This document shows positions 16,644 through 26,964 of a stretch of 64,000 bases of DNA, in pieces (position 1 is the first letter of the stretch; each line of letters begins with the position of its first letter). This DNA is from a virus. The DNA lies in the IMG/VR virus record IMGVR_UViG_3300014325_000011, positions 32,001 to 96,000 of that record. One strand, written 5' to 3'. Position numbers and translations under genes: made by a program. A model generated the notes under the pieces. The model was not told the origin of the DNA. It was given only the letters and a program-made list of their open reading frames with translations, and made no database searches.

Positions 16644-19600
16644 CTAGTCGGGTAGGACAGGGGACAGTTGGCAGGTGACCTTCCACGACTGGCCGTCCGG
16701 CTCCACGCTGATGGAATGCGAAAGCGCGTCCACATAGCCGTTGAACGTCCACGAAGGCGCACCCACGGGCCGCAGCACAACCTGGTTCAGATCGGAAATG
16801 TCCATCGACAGCGCCGGGACGAACAGGTCGTCCGGGTTCGCCGACGGCTCGAACGTGAACGCGGACAGCCGAGTCCGCGGCGACGAATACTGGCGGAGCA
16901 GCAGTTGGGCACGTTGCGCCGCGTCCTCATCAAAACCGGTTCTGATCGTCTGCGTGAAGGTCCGCGGAAAGTACTTCGTCATCGACGCCGAGTCGGAAAC
17001 ACTCGCCAACGCCCCACCATCGCGGGTCACCGAAACCTGGTTGTACACATAGGTCGGGTCGGTGTCCGTTTCCAACCCGTCCAGCTCGTAGGGCAGACCA
17101 GTAGCCGGGTCGAACACGTTCACCGGAGTGGCCTGCGACGGCCGGTAGGAACGGTCCTCGAAGCAGGGCGCCCCGTCGGCCAAGCTGTACACTTGGCCTT
17201 TGTCGGCGTCGCCCTGATCTTGGATCGAATCCAACGCAGACTGGCCGCCCAGACCCGACAGGCCGAACGTCCCCGCCGAACCGGCATAGGTCCGGCCAGG
17301 CATGACCGACCTGAGGTTCTTCGGCCATCCCCAATAGTTCAGAACCCGGTCGACACGTTCCCCGGTAGTTTCAGGAACATAGCCGGCCGCCGGGCCATAG
17401 CCGCCGTACACACCGACGACCCAGTGAGCGTTGACCCGCGTTTCGGTGAGTTCCTTGTTGTAGAATGCGACATGGGAGACGAATCCGTTGTACTGGTTGG
17501 CGGTCGCTGTCGTCCCGATCCAGTCGCCGCCGATAACCGTGTGGGCCACCGGGTTGCCGAAACTCGCCGTCCCCTGCCACAGATACTCGTGGGTCCCATC
17601 GGTCAGCCAACCGGCATAGTTGCCCGCATACAAGGTGATCACACCCGTGTAGCTGACGGTCACAGCCGCATAGTTGCCAAAGCCGCCTCCCAACAGAATG
17701 CCGCCCGACGACTCGTAGACCTTCGTCCCGCCGACATACAGGGTGAGCTGCTGGGCGACAGTCCGACCCACCATGATCTCGATGCCTGTTTTGTTACCGG
17801 AGCCGTCGAGATGGCAGAAAATCGGCGCCGAGGTTGGGGTCGTCGTTCCGTCCTGGCCGAAGAACAGGTCCATCGACCACGGGCCGCCCATAAAGTTCGC
17901 GTCGTTCCCCGCAGACAGGTCCAACACATCTGCCTGATAGGGGAAGCTCGTCGACGCGGACGGGTTGAGCCGCAGCGCAGCCCCCCCGTCGAAAATGATC
18001 GTCTGGCCGCCGAACGTCGACTTGCCGCCGCCCGCCGACGCGGACACCAGCTTCGCCAGCGACCCGGCGGCCGCCACATCCCCAGCGCCACCGGTCGACG
18101 CCGATTCGGCCAGCGGGTAGAACGCCACCGGCCCGTCGAGCAGCACTTCCTGCTCGTAGGTGGTCCGCATCGTGCCCTGGCTGAGTGCGGCCAGGGAATC
18201 CACACAGGTGATCTCCGGAAGGGACAGTGATGGTGTGACCCATGTCTGCGGCCACCGCTCGACAAACCCGGCCCACAGCGGGTAACGCAAACCCCGCCAG
18301 ATCGCAGTCACCCGGATCGGGACCAGCGGCACAAGATCCGGCGAATACGGCCCGGCAGTGTTGGTCGGGTCGAACCGGCCGCCCGAGTTGTCGACAATGA
18401 TCGACGCGGTGCCAGCCTCGAACCTGTCCAACTCGTACTGTCGGGACGCCCGGTTCAACTCCAAGCCGCGGACATAGCGGGAGATGTCCGTCCACGGGAC
18501 CGCCGACGTACATTCGATGCCAGCGATGACGTGCTGCTCACCTGCGGCGAGCCCCACCCAGCCGACGACCAGGTTCAGCCGGGACGCCCCAGCTGCGGGT
18601 GTCGAGGTGATGGTGACGGTTGTCCACCCGGTCGCCGAGTCGGCGAACGTCTCCACATCCTGGTTGGTGGAGGTCGCATTGGCTGCGTCTGCCCACTCGG
18701 CGGTCACACCACCGAACCGCGGCGACAGCCCGGCGCGAACCCGCAGGGTGATCGTGTACTCGACGCCGGGGATGATGGTCCCCGCGTCGGTGATCAGTAG
18801 CACCCCCGCAGCACCGTCGGTCAGGGCGGTGACCAGCAGGCAGTTACGCCACGGCGCGGGGGCGAAGTTCTGCCCCCACAGCAGGCTGGAGTTACCCGAA
18901 GTGCCCCACCGTCCGATCGACCGTGAGAACGTCGCCGAGTCGCCAACGATCGGCGGGTAGGCCAACGGCGACGCCGGATCCAACCCGAATCCAGCCTCGA
19001 CAACCACCTGGGGCCACAGCGTTGACCCGACAGTGCCGATCCCGCCGCCGCCAACACCCCCACCTCCGCCACCGCCACCACCTCCGCCGCCACCTGTGGG
19101 GGCTGCGGGGACGATCTCGAAGACGATCCACGACAGATCCCCGAAGGGCGCCGTGGTCGCGATCTCCATCGTCGTCCCGGCGGACACCGGTGAGGTGTAG
19201 GACAAGACGGCGCCGGTCATCGACCCGGTGATCGACGAATAGCGGCTGCCAGGTGAGACGGTGGGTGCGCCGGAGCCCGACAGGTCGGCGTAGATCGCCC
19301 ACAGTTGGGAGCCGGTGCGGGTGCAGGTCATCGACTGGGCCATGAGCGACGACGGACCCGACGGGGTGCCACCCCCACCGCCGGTACCTGTGCCGGTGGT
19401 TGCCTGCGGACCGGCGAGCAGGGTCGGAACGGTGACTCCGGAGAATCCGCCGACGACCGTGTTCCCGGAGATCGTGTTGTTTCCCGAGCCGCCGGACCAG
19501 TTACCGGTGATCTGCGCGGGGGCAACGTCTAGATGGTTACCGATGACAGAGTTGTTCTTCGACCGGTTGGCGTCGGCCCGGTCGCCACCCGTCTGATCCA

Positions 19601-21038
19601 TGTAGATGATGACCGAGTTGCCGCCGTTGTTCCAGATGAAGTTGTTCTGCACGGTGTCGTGGTTACTGGACTGGATGGCGATTCCGCATCTGCGGAAGCC
19701 GTCAAGGCCGCTGCCGTACGCATTGCCGACGATCAGGTTATTCTTGAAGACGTTGTTTCCGCCGGTTTCGTCGCAGATGCCACCCGAATAGTTCGAGTAG
19801 ATGATGTTACTATCGTAGACGTTCCCGAACGCCGGATAGTTCCCAGTCCTGTCGGCCAGGTTGATACCGCAGGAGACATCCTGCCAGACACCGTGGCCGC
19901 CAATGCCACCGTAAGACCCGCCGTTTCCATTGCCCTTGTGGATCAGATTGCCGATCCACGTGGCACCGGTCTGCAACGCCATTTTGACGTTCGAGTCGTC
20001 CGCGCCCGAATCGTAATAATTATTCTGGCCGGGGGTCAGGTTGAAAAAGAACTGGTTGTACCGGATGATCGAGCCCTGCTCGCCGTCACCGATAGCCTTG
20101 CCACCGTTGTGATGCAGCGTGCAGTTCTCCAGGATGAAGTTCGGCCCGAGCTGAATGCCAATGTAACAGTTGGTGATCTCGCAGTTGGCCACATGCCAAC
20201 CGCTGGCGGTCTGGTTCTCCGAGAAACACGAGTCGATCGCACCGCGCTGCGAGGTGTTCGGACCCACATCGCGCAACGTCAGATTGAAAATGCCAATGTT
20301 CGTGGTGGCCGAGCTTCCCCGGTGAATCTGAATGTTCGACAGGATCGTTTTACCGGCGCCCTGGCCGTAGAACTGCTGACCTGGGTTAGGAACGATCGTG
20401 TAGCCGCCGCTGTAGGTTCCAGCGTCGAGGACGAACACAGTCCCCGCGCCGTGGCTCGACGCGGCCGACGCGATATTCGATCCGAGCGGAATACGCACCG
20501 CACCCGACGGGATCGGCAGCGCCGATGGCATGATGACCGAGTTCGGGTAGGCGGTCGTGTCATTGACGTTCGTCGACCCGCCGTAGTAGTTGCCGGTGCT
20601 GCTACTTCCGCCGCCCGACGAGCCGCTGGAGCCCGACCCCGAACCGGACGATGGGTTCCCAACACCAGTCACATGCTGCGGGAACGTCGCCGCCAGATCA
20701 GCGCCTGTAAACACCAGCACTTGGACAAACTTCGCACGACTGTTATCGGACGCGCCGACAACTGTCACCGTCCGCGGCGCCGCCGCCGTCGCGATCGTCG
20801 CCCAAAAATCGACCTCGGCGGTTGTCGACGTCGGCGCCCGCCAATCCCAGCGGGGCCAGTCCAACCTGCCCGAGTCGAACGCGAACGCGCCAACCGTGGT
20901 CCCATCGGCGCGGGGCGCCATCGCCGCGAGAATGACGATGACCGACCCGGCGGGGGCCGTGAACGAAGCTGTCGTCGCGTTGCCGGTGGCGACGTAGACC
21001 GCGGGCGGGGACGACGGGTCGACAGCGAGAGTCATCAC
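16644..21038 (-). CDS. Large minor tail / tail-tip protein with beta-helix, CBM-like and LamG-like domains
   Basis: Follows the tape measure gene; WTDISRYVR..FEAGTASIIVDNSGGRFDP hub motif; PVAFYPLAE...FVSHVAFYNKEL LamG motif. Confidence 0.8.
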   Translation of the reverse strand: MMTLAVDPSSPPAVYVATGNATTASFTAPAGSVIVILAAMAPRADGTTVGAFAFDSGRLDWPRWDWRAPTSTTAEVDFWATIATAAAPRTVTVVGASDNSRAKFVQVLVFTGADLAATFPQHVTGVGNPSSGSGSGSSGSSGGGSSSTGNYYGGSTNVNDTTAYPNSVIMPSALPIPSGAVRIPLGSNIASAASSHGAGTVFVLDAGTYSGGYTIVPNPGQQFYGQGAGKTILSNIQIHRGSSATTNIGIFNLTLRDVGPNTSQRGAIDSCFSENQTASGWHVANCEITNCYIGIQLGPNFILENCTLHHNGGKAIGDGEQGSIIRYNQFFFNLTPGQNNYYDSGADDSNVKMALQTGATWIGNLIHKGNGNGGSYGGIGGHGVWQDVSCGINLADRTGNYPAFGNVYDSNIIYSNYSGGICDETGGNNVFKNNLIVGNAYGSGLDGFRRCGIAIQSSNHDTVQNNFIWNNGGNSVIIYMDQTGGDRADANRSKNNSVIGNHLDVAPAQITGNWSGGSGNNTISGNTVVGGFSGVTVPTLLAGPQATTGTGTGGGGGTPSGPSSLMAQSMTCTRTGSQLWAIYADLSGSGAPTVSPGSRYSSITGSMTGAVLSYTSPVSAGTTMEIATTAPFGDLSWIVFEIVPAAPTGGGGGGGGGGGGGVGGGGIGTVGSTLWPQVVVEAGFGLDPASPLAYPPIVGDSATFSRSIGRWGTSGNSSLLWGQNFAPAPWRNCLLVTALTDGAAGVLLITDAGTIIPGVEYTITLRVRAGLSPRFGGVTAEWADAANATSTNQDVETFADSATGWTTVTITSTPAAGASRLNLVVGWVGLAAGEQHVIAGIECTSAVPWTDISRYVRGLELNRASRQYELDRFEAGTASIIVDNSGGRFDPTNTAGPYSPDLVPLVPIRVTAIWRGLRYPLWAGFVERWPQTWVTPSLSLPEITCVDSLAALSQGTMRTTYEQEVLLDGPVAFYPLAESASTGGAGDVAAAGSLAKLVSASAGGGKSTFGGQTIIFDGGAALRLNPSASTSFPYQADVLDLSAGNDANFMGGPWSMDLFFGQDGTTTPTSAPIFCHLDGSGNKTGIEIMVGRTVAQQLTLYVGGTKVYESSGGILLGGGFGNYAAVTVSYTGVITLYAGNYAGWLTDGTHEYLWQGTASFGNPVAHTVIGGDWIGTTATANQYNGFVSHVAFYNKELTETRVNAHWVVGVYGGYGPAAGYVPETTGERVDRVLNYWGWPKNLRSVMPGRTYAGSAGTFGLSGLGGQSALDSIQDQGDADKGQVYSLADGAPCFEDRSYRPSQATPVNVFDPATGLPYELDGLETDTDPTYVYNQVSVTRDGGALASVSDSASMTKYFPRTFTQTIRTGFDEDAAQRAQLLLRQYSSPRTRLSAFTFEPSANPDDLFVPALSMDISDLNQVVLRPVGAPSWTFNGYVDALSHSISVEPDGQSWKVTCQLSPVLPD

Positions 21039-21067
21039 ATCTCCCGCTGTCGACGCCGACGTTCAGA

Positions 21068-24000
21068 TCAGACCCCGGCGATACGGGCCAGACCGTTGCT
21101 GGGGTTCCGCCGGTTGTACCGGAGGGATTGCTTCTGGGTGGACTTGAAAACCTTCTGGCCGTCGATGACGACATCGGACGCCTGCACCGTCAGGTTGATC
21201 GTGATGCCGCCTCCGCCGCCCGACGGCTGCATCCCCACCCAGCCGCCGCCAGCCTTCCCGCCGGCCAGAATCGACTTGGTCTCGTTGGCCGGGTGGATGT
21301 AGGCCGGTGCGCCGAACACGGCCAGCTCCGGGCCACGCTCACCGACGAGCACCGCCTGGCCGACGGGCGGGGAACCACCCTCGGCAAACGGGGCAATCTT
21401 GTTCAGGGTGCCGACGAACCCGCCGACCGCCTTGGCGACACCACCGATACCTCCGGTGATGGTGCTGATCGCATGACCGATCGAGTCGAAGATCGGTTTG
21501 AGGACGCCCCAGATCGTGGTAACTGTGGTCTTGATCCCACCCCAGATCGTGTCCCAGGTGATTTTGAGGGCGCGGAGCGCGGCACCGATCGCCGTGTCAA
21601 GCGCCCCGCCAATCGCGTTGAACGTCGGCGACAGGAACGACGTCCACACCGTGGACACGGCAGTGTGGATCGCCCCCCAGATCGTGTTCCACGTGGTCTG
21701 CAAAGCACGCAGCCCAAACCCGATCACAGCGTCGAACGCCGAAGCGATCGCATGGAACGTTGGCGACAGGAAACCATTCCAGATCGCGGAGAGGGCTGTT
21801 TGAATAGCACCCCACACGGCGTTCCATGTCGCCTGGAGCAGACGCAGCCCGAATCCGATGACCGCGTCGAACGCTGTTGCGATCGCGTGGAACGTGGGCA
21901 GCAGCACCGAGTTCCACACAAACGACACGGCGGTGCCAAGCGCCGACCAGATCCCGTTCCAGATCGCCTGAGCTAGGCGAAGGTTACCGATGATGAACGT
22001 TTCGACGCCTGAGACAATCGCATGGAAGGCGGGCAGCAGCACCGAGTTCCACACCCAGTTGACTGCGGTTCCGAGCGCATTCCAAACGGTTCGCCAGGCA
22101 GTTTCCAGCCAGCGGATCGCCGTTCCAATCGTGCCGGTGACGACCGAGGCAACACCCTTGCCGAACGGTTCGAGCACGTTGTGCCAGAACCAGAGGACCG
22201 CCTTGCCGATCGCCCGGTAGGCGATCTCCCAGGCGAGCACCTGCAACCGGATCGGCAGCAGCAGAAGGTTGATCGCCTTCGCGATGGCCTTGAGGATCGG
22301 CTCCAGGAAATGCCAGGTGGCGAGCGCTGCTGTTCTGATCGCACCCCACGTGACCCGGGCCGCGGTCGTCAAAGCGCCTGTGACGGCCCGCCAGGCGGTT
22401 TCAACCCCACCGACGGTCGCCCGAAATGCTGAGACGAACGGGCGAGCGACGGCCGACAGGAACGAGATTGTCGCCCGCCACGCTGTCGACAGTGCCGATC
22501 CGACCGCATGCCAGGCGGTGACGATCCCACCCCACGCCGCCTTGAGGCCGCCGATCATGCCGTTCCAGCCGGCGACGAAAAACCCGGAGACGGCATGCCA
22601 CGCGGTCACCAGCGCGCCGAGGGTCGCCGACCAGGCGATTTTGAGTGCGTCCCAGACCGCGAGCGCGGCGGTTTTCATCGCACCCCAGACGGTCGACCAG
22701 TGCTTGACGAGTTCGTAGATGGCGAAACCGAGCAGCGCCAGAGCCGCGACGATGAGAATCACAATCGCTGTGATCGGTGCGGCGGCGACCTCTGCGCCGA
22801 CCAAGGCAATCCCGAGCGCAACAACAGCCTCAATCACACCGTAGATCCACATGGCGACGGAAAGTGCCATAAGGGCCGCGAACGCTATGACGATGCCCTT
22901 TGTCAGGTTCTGATGGCTCGCGAAAAACTTGGCGATCGCTTCTAGCTTCGGAATCAGCCAGTTGCCAAGCTGGATCATCAGCGCCTTGGCGGACATCTCC
23001 AGTTGCTTCAACTGCTGGGAAAACGAGTTCGCCTGCGTGGACGCGAACGCCTTGTTGATGTCGCCGGTCGCGGAGCCGGCAGCCTTGACCTTCTCCGTGT
23101 AGACCCCGTAGGCGCCGATCATGTCGGAGATCGAGTTGCCGCCCTTGGTCCCGAACATGCTGGTCAGGGCGATCTGCTTCTTCAGATCGGCTTCCTTGCC
23201 CGAGCCGTACAGCTTGTCGAGCGACATCTTGATGTCACCGATAGCCTTCGGCAGGCCGCCTGTCGTAATGTCTTTCGACAGCTTGTCTACGGACAGGCCC
23301 ATCTCGTTGAAGTATTTCGGTGCCGTCGCCGCGGGATGCAGCAGATACTTCATAGTGTTCGTCATCGCCGTGCCGGCAGCGGCGCCGCGAAGGTTCATGT
23401 CACCGAACAGGGCGAGAGACGCCGTCACATCGGTGATCGACAGGCCATAGTTCTTCCAGATCACGACGTTGCCCTTGCCGAAGGCGTCGGACATGTCCTG
23501 CATGGACATGTCACCTTCACCGACAGCAGCAACGAGCTGACCGGCCGCCTTGGAAAGGTTTTCCATCCCGGGCAGGCCGGAGACCATCGCCGCGTCGAGG
23601 GCGTTGGTTACGTCGACCAGGTTCGCCCCGGAGACCGCGGCGGCCTTACCGGCGATCGTCAGGACATCCATCGCCTTCGGGGCGCTGGTCCCCATCGACT
23701 TCGTGGCGGCCTCGACGTGGAGCAGCGCTTCGGCAAGCGAATCCGGGTCTTGGCCGATTTTGCCGGCCAGGGCGAGCACTTGGCCTTTGAGTGCGTTGAC
23801 CTGCGGCATGGTCATGCCCAACTGGGAGTTGAGCTTGACCATCTCCTTGTCAAAGTCGGCGGCCATTTTGACCGACTCGGCTCCGACGGCGATGAATGCG
23901 ACGGCGGACGCTTTGCCGAAGGCGGTGACGGCTTTGCCCATGGAGGCGACGGCCTTCTCACGGGACGCGGCAATCTTCGCGTCCGCGGCGGCCTGCGCGG

Positions 24001-24325
24001 CTACTTGGGCGTCGAGGGCGGCCTTCCACTCGATCGTGCCTACGGTGGCCGCCCGAGTCTGGGCAACCTGCATCGCCAGCGCGTTGCGGTCTGCGGCAAC
24101 AGCCTGCTTCGCCCATTCGGCGTCCCACGCTGCACCCCACTTCGCGGCACCCTCAGCTCCGGACAGGGCCATAGCGTCGCTGGCGGCTTTAACCGCTGCG
24201 GCGCTCGACTCGGCCATCTCCTTGACGGACGCGCCGGCCTCTTTCATGCCAACGGCGAACTCGGCCGCATTGTTGACCAGCTCGATCATGACCGGGGGCA
24301 GAAGGCCCCTCACGGGAGACCCCAT
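21068..24325 (-). CDS. Tail tape measure protein
   Basis: 1085 aa, Ala-rich; TP901-like core (AADFDKEM, LRGAAAGT); W/F periodic repeats; FAEGG..VGERGPEL. Confidence 0.92.
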   Translation of the reverse strand: MGSPVRGLLPPVMIELVNNAAEFAVGMKEAGASVKEMAESSAAAVKAASDAMALSGAEGAAKWGAAWDAEWAKQAVAADRNALAMQVAQTRAATVGTIEWKAALDAQVAAQAAADAKIAASREKAVASMGKAVTAFGKASAVAFIAVGAESVKMAADFDKEMVKLNSQLGMTMPQVNALKGQVLALAGKIGQDPDSLAEALLHVEAATKSMGTSAPKAMDVLTIAGKAAAVSGANLVDVTNALDAAMVSGLPGMENLSKAAGQLVAAVGEGDMSMQDMSDAFGKGNVVIWKNYGLSITDVTASLALFGDMNLRGAAAGTAMTNTMKYLLHPAATAPKYFNEMGLSVDKLSKDITTGGLPKAIGDIKMSLDKLYGSGKEADLKKQIALTSMFGTKGGNSISDMIGAYGVYTEKVKAAGSATGDINKAFASTQANSFSQQLKQLEMSAKALMIQLGNWLIPKLEAIAKFFASHQNLTKGIVIAFAALMALSVAMWIYGVIEAVVALGIALVGAEVAAAPITAIVILIVAALALLGFAIYELVKHWSTVWGAMKTAALAVWDALKIAWSATLGALVTAWHAVSGFFVAGWNGMIGGLKAAWGGIVTAWHAVGSALSTAWRATISFLSAVARPFVSAFRATVGGVETAWRAVTGALTTAARVTWGAIRTAALATWHFLEPILKAIAKAINLLLLPIRLQVLAWEIAYRAIGKAVLWFWHNVLEPFGKGVASVVTGTIGTAIRWLETAWRTVWNALGTAVNWVWNSVLLPAFHAIVSGVETFIIGNLRLAQAIWNGIWSALGTAVSFVWNSVLLPTFHAIATAFDAVIGFGLRLLQATWNAVWGAIQTALSAIWNGFLSPTFHAIASAFDAVIGFGLRALQTTWNTIWGAIHTAVSTVWTSFLSPTFNAIGGALDTAIGAALRALKITWDTIWGGIKTTVTTIWGVLKPIFDSIGHAISTITGGIGGVAKAVGGFVGTLNKIAPFAEGGSPPVGQAVLVGERGPELAVFGAPAYIHPANETKSILAGGKAGGGWVGMQPSGGGGGITINLTVQASDVVIDGQKVFKSTQKQSLRYNRRNPSNGLARIAGV

Positions 24326-24343
24326 GGGGACCTCCCGGGACGT

Positions 24344-24772
24344 TCAGAATCCGAGCGTTCGCCGTATCGCGGTCAGCGCGGCGGTCTGCATTTCGCCGTA
24401 CGCCGTGTTGTAAGCCGGCTGCACGTAAGGCCGAGGTGGCAGTGTTGTGCGATGGTGCCGCCCGGTGGCCCCACCCAGTTCTTGGATGCGGGCGTAGACG
24501 ACTGACGGGCCAACGGCCACATATCCGGGGCGGGTTTCGACCATCACGGAGCGGCGAAGGGTGCCGCTGATGACCGCTGGTGGCGCGTCGGGCGGGGATG
24601 GGGTGGGTGTGCCTCTGCGATGGGAGTAGATCGACAACTGGCGTTTGATCGACGCCTCGGCTACCGCCGCGCCAGCTTTCGCGCCTGCCATCGCGGCAAG
24701 GTCGGCCTTGGCGCCGAGCGCGTTCAGTCCGGCGAGCAACGCCTCCACGTCGACCCGGAGGGCCATCACCAT
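24344..24772 (-). CDS. HK97 gp10-like neck/tail completion protein
   Basis: PPAVISGTLRRS...YARIQELGG...PPRPYVQPA. Confidence 0.75.
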   Translation of the reverse strand: MVMALRVDVEALLAGLNALGAKADLAAMAGAKAGAAVAEASIKRQLSIYSHRRGTPTPSPPDAPPAVISGTLRRSVMVETRPGYVAVGPSVVYARIQELGGATGRHHRTTLPPRPYVQPAYNTAYGEMQTAALTAIRRTLGF

Positions 24773-25038
24773 CAGCGCGACCTCGCGTCCATCTCGGCGC
24801 GGCGCACATCCCGGTCGTGTTTACGCTGCCGGCCTTCGTCGATCGCTCGCATCATCAGCGGCCAGTCGTCGACCAGCGGCAGCGGAAGCGCATCAACCTG
24901 GTCTGGCGTCCACTGCCAGCGTTCCGCGTACCAGGAGTAGAGCTGGGCGTCGTCGATCCAGTCGGGTAGCGGCGCCTGGTTGGGTCGGAGTTCTTCGCCC
25001 TCGGCGAGTTGGCTCAGTCGCGCGAGGGCACGGAAGGG
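24772..25038 (-). CDS. Tail assembly chaperone C-terminal extension (reached by -1 frameshift)
   Basis: WQWTPDQVDALP motif in the -1 frame, overlapping the end of 25014-25451; candidate slip site C-CCT-TCC at 25032-25038. Confidence 0.6.
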   Translation of the reverse strand, partial: PFRALARLSQLAEGEELRPNQAPLPDWIDDAQLYSWYAERWQWTPDQVDALPLPLVDDWPLMMRAIDEGRQRKHDRDVRRAEMDARSR

Positions 25039-25451
25039 GACTGCGGGTCCATGCTCGGCTTGGTGTCCCGCCGTCCGTTGATCTTGTCGAGGACGGGCTT
25101 CAACTCGTCTTCCAAGACGTCGATGATGTCCAGGTCGATGGCAGCAAGCGCCTCGTCGTCGAGATCGAGGGGGATCGGAACCGGCTCGCCGCTCTCCGGG
25201 TCCTTCAGCGACCAGGCGACGACCCAATGCCGGAGCAACGCATCGAACGACGCGACCGACGCCGCCCCGACATTGGTGACCTTGCCGTCATCGTCGAGTT
25301 CCACAACGCTGAACGACGCGACCCGCAGATCATCCCGGTCGCCCTTCGTGACCCGCTTGGGGTTGCGGATCTCGGCCCACTGGCCGGTGCCATAGTCCTC
25401 GGTGGCTGGCAGGTCGACGCGCACGGTCTGCGCGCGAGGGTTGTTGGACAA
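25014..25451 (-). CDS. Tail assembly chaperone
   Basis: Between tail tube and tape measure; VVAWSLKD motif; GGAGA RBS with TTG start. Confidence 0.75.
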   Translation of the reverse strand: MSNNPRAQTVRVDLPATEDYGTGQWAEIRNPKRVTKGDRDDLRVASFSVVELDDDGKVTNVGAASVASFDALLRHWVVAWSLKDPESGEPVPIPLDLDDEALAAIDLDIIDVLEDELKPVLDKINGRRDTKPSMDPQSPSVPSRD

Positions 25452-25480
25452 GGGAGTCTCCTGCGGTCTGCGCGGTCGAG

Positions 25481-25516
25481 CCCACCCCCGGTGCGACCGC
25501 CTGCACCGGGGGTGGG
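25481..25516 (-). terminator. Hairpin after the major tail gene
   Basis: CCCACCCCCGGTGC/GCACCGGGGGTGGG 14-bp stem. Confidence 0.65.
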
Positions 25517-25528
25517 AGAACGGGGGAT

Positions 25529-26752
25529 CTACTGGAAAGTCGAACTGGAGATCGCCGACTTGGTGACGATCGTGCAGGCCCCGAAGCCGCCGGAGGCGCC
25601 CACGTTGGTCGTGTTCCCGATCGCCGAAAAGTCGGTTTCGACGGTCGTGTAGTCCTGGCCGCGGCCGACCTTCGCACCCCGATAGGACACCGACTGCATG
25701 GCAATGTCGATGCCTACCAGCGACGCCCCGCTACCGGCTTCGAAGTTGACCGTCAGGGCCGGGTTGGTGGCGTTCAGATAGCGAAGGAACTCGGTTTCGT
25801 CCGCGGCGATGAACGTCAACTTGCCAGTGGCGGCGAGCGGCCCGAGCCACACGGCATAGGGGCCCTGAACGCCGTCAACGGTGTTCAGCACCTTCACGTC
25901 GCGTTTGAGCTGCAACTCGCCGGACTGGACGTAGAGAACCGGGCTACCGCCGATCGACGTCACACCCCGCCACGCGGGAAGCGGCGGACTGATACCCGAC
26001 CACGACGAGGTCGGCTTGGGGATGACACCGGACGGCCAGCCGGTGAGCTTCGCCGACCAAGTCAGCAGAGCTTCCGACGACCAGGTGATCGTCAGTTCGG
26101 ATACGACGCTTCCCGGGTAGGCACGGGCCTTGTTCGACGAGGCACCGGTCAGACCAGAGAAGTCCGCGATGGTCAGCGATTCGGGCTGGCCGCCGCCGTA
26201 CACACCAATGTTGTTCTTGATGTTGAAGGTGTGGCTGTACGGGGCCGACCCTCCGGTGACGGCATAGTCGCCGAGCAGGGCGCCGAGAAAATAGCCGATG
26301 CTCTCCGGGTACACGTCACCGGAGGTGCTGTACTCCGAATGGATGACACCGGGAATCGCCCCGAACAGGCCCACCTCGGAGCCGCGGTAGCCCATGTCCT
26401 CAAGAATGGTCAAGTTGTCGACGGGCTCAAACGTCTTGACCGGGATGTACGCGGTCGGGGCGGCGTTCGCGGCGGTGACGACGACAAGGTTCCCGGCACT
26501 GTGCGCTGCGACGGTCGCCGCACAGGTCACCGTGGTCCCCGACACCGACGTATAGGCGACCGTCTCAACGGTTGTGCCACCAGACGTCGGATCGTAGATG
26601 GTGAGGTTGCCGGAGTTCGGCCAGTTGGTGGTGTCCGAAACCGACAGCGACGTCGCCGACTGGTTCGCGCTCGCGGTCAGGAACGCCCGGTACTTGTCGA
26701 GGGACACGCCTAGGTAGGAGAGATTGGTTGCCTGTGCCGGAGCCGCGCTCAC
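25529..26752 (-). CDS. Major tail (tube) protein
   Basis: Position; APYSHTF, SLTIADF, YPGSVVSELTITW motifs. Confidence 0.8.
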   Translation of the reverse strand: MSAAPAQATNLSYLGVSLDKYRAFLTASANQSATSLSVSDTTNWPNSGNLTIYDPTSGGTTVETVAYTSVSGTTVTCAATVAAHSAGNLVVVTAANAAPTAYIPVKTFEPVDNLTILEDMGYRGSEVGLFGAIPGVIHSEYSTSGDVYPESIGYFLGALLGDYAVTGGSAPYSHTFNIKNNIGVYGGGQPESLTIADFSGLTGASSNKARAYPGSVVSELTITWSSEALLTWSAKLTGWPSGVIPKPTSSWSGISPPLPAWRGVTSIGGSPVLYVQSGELQLKRDVKVLNTVDGVQGPYAVWLGPLAATGKLTFIAADETEFLRYLNATNPALTVNFEAGSGASLVGIDIAMQSVSYRGAKVGRGQDYTTVETDFSAIGNTTNVGASGGFGACTIVTKSAISSSTFQ

Positions 26753-26934
26753 TTCCCACCGCCTTTCTTGGGCGTCGAGGCCGGCTCGACGGCGATGGGA
26801 GAGGTATCGGGCGCCGACCAGTGGGGGTCGGGTGGTTCGGGCCAGTCGGCTATCTCGCCGGGCTGAAACCAGCTACCCCGGTCGGAGTAGTAGCGGGCCT
26901 GCCCATCGGCCGGGGCGAACGTGAATGCGGGCAT
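26749..26934 (-). CDS. Small hypothetical protein
   Basis: GTGA coupling with the tail tube gene. Confidence 0.55.
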   Translation of the reverse strand: MPAFTFAPADGQARYYSDRGSWFQPGEIADWPEPPDPHWSAPDTSPIAVEPASTPKKGGGK

Positions 26935-26964
26935 GCGAAAACCCCCAGCCGAAAGGCGGGTAGA

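Noticed and set aside
13885-20590. Diversity-generating retroelement TR/VR pair
   Set aside because: No reverse transcriptase in the window; differences between the copies are not adenine-specific, and both lie in long ORFs.
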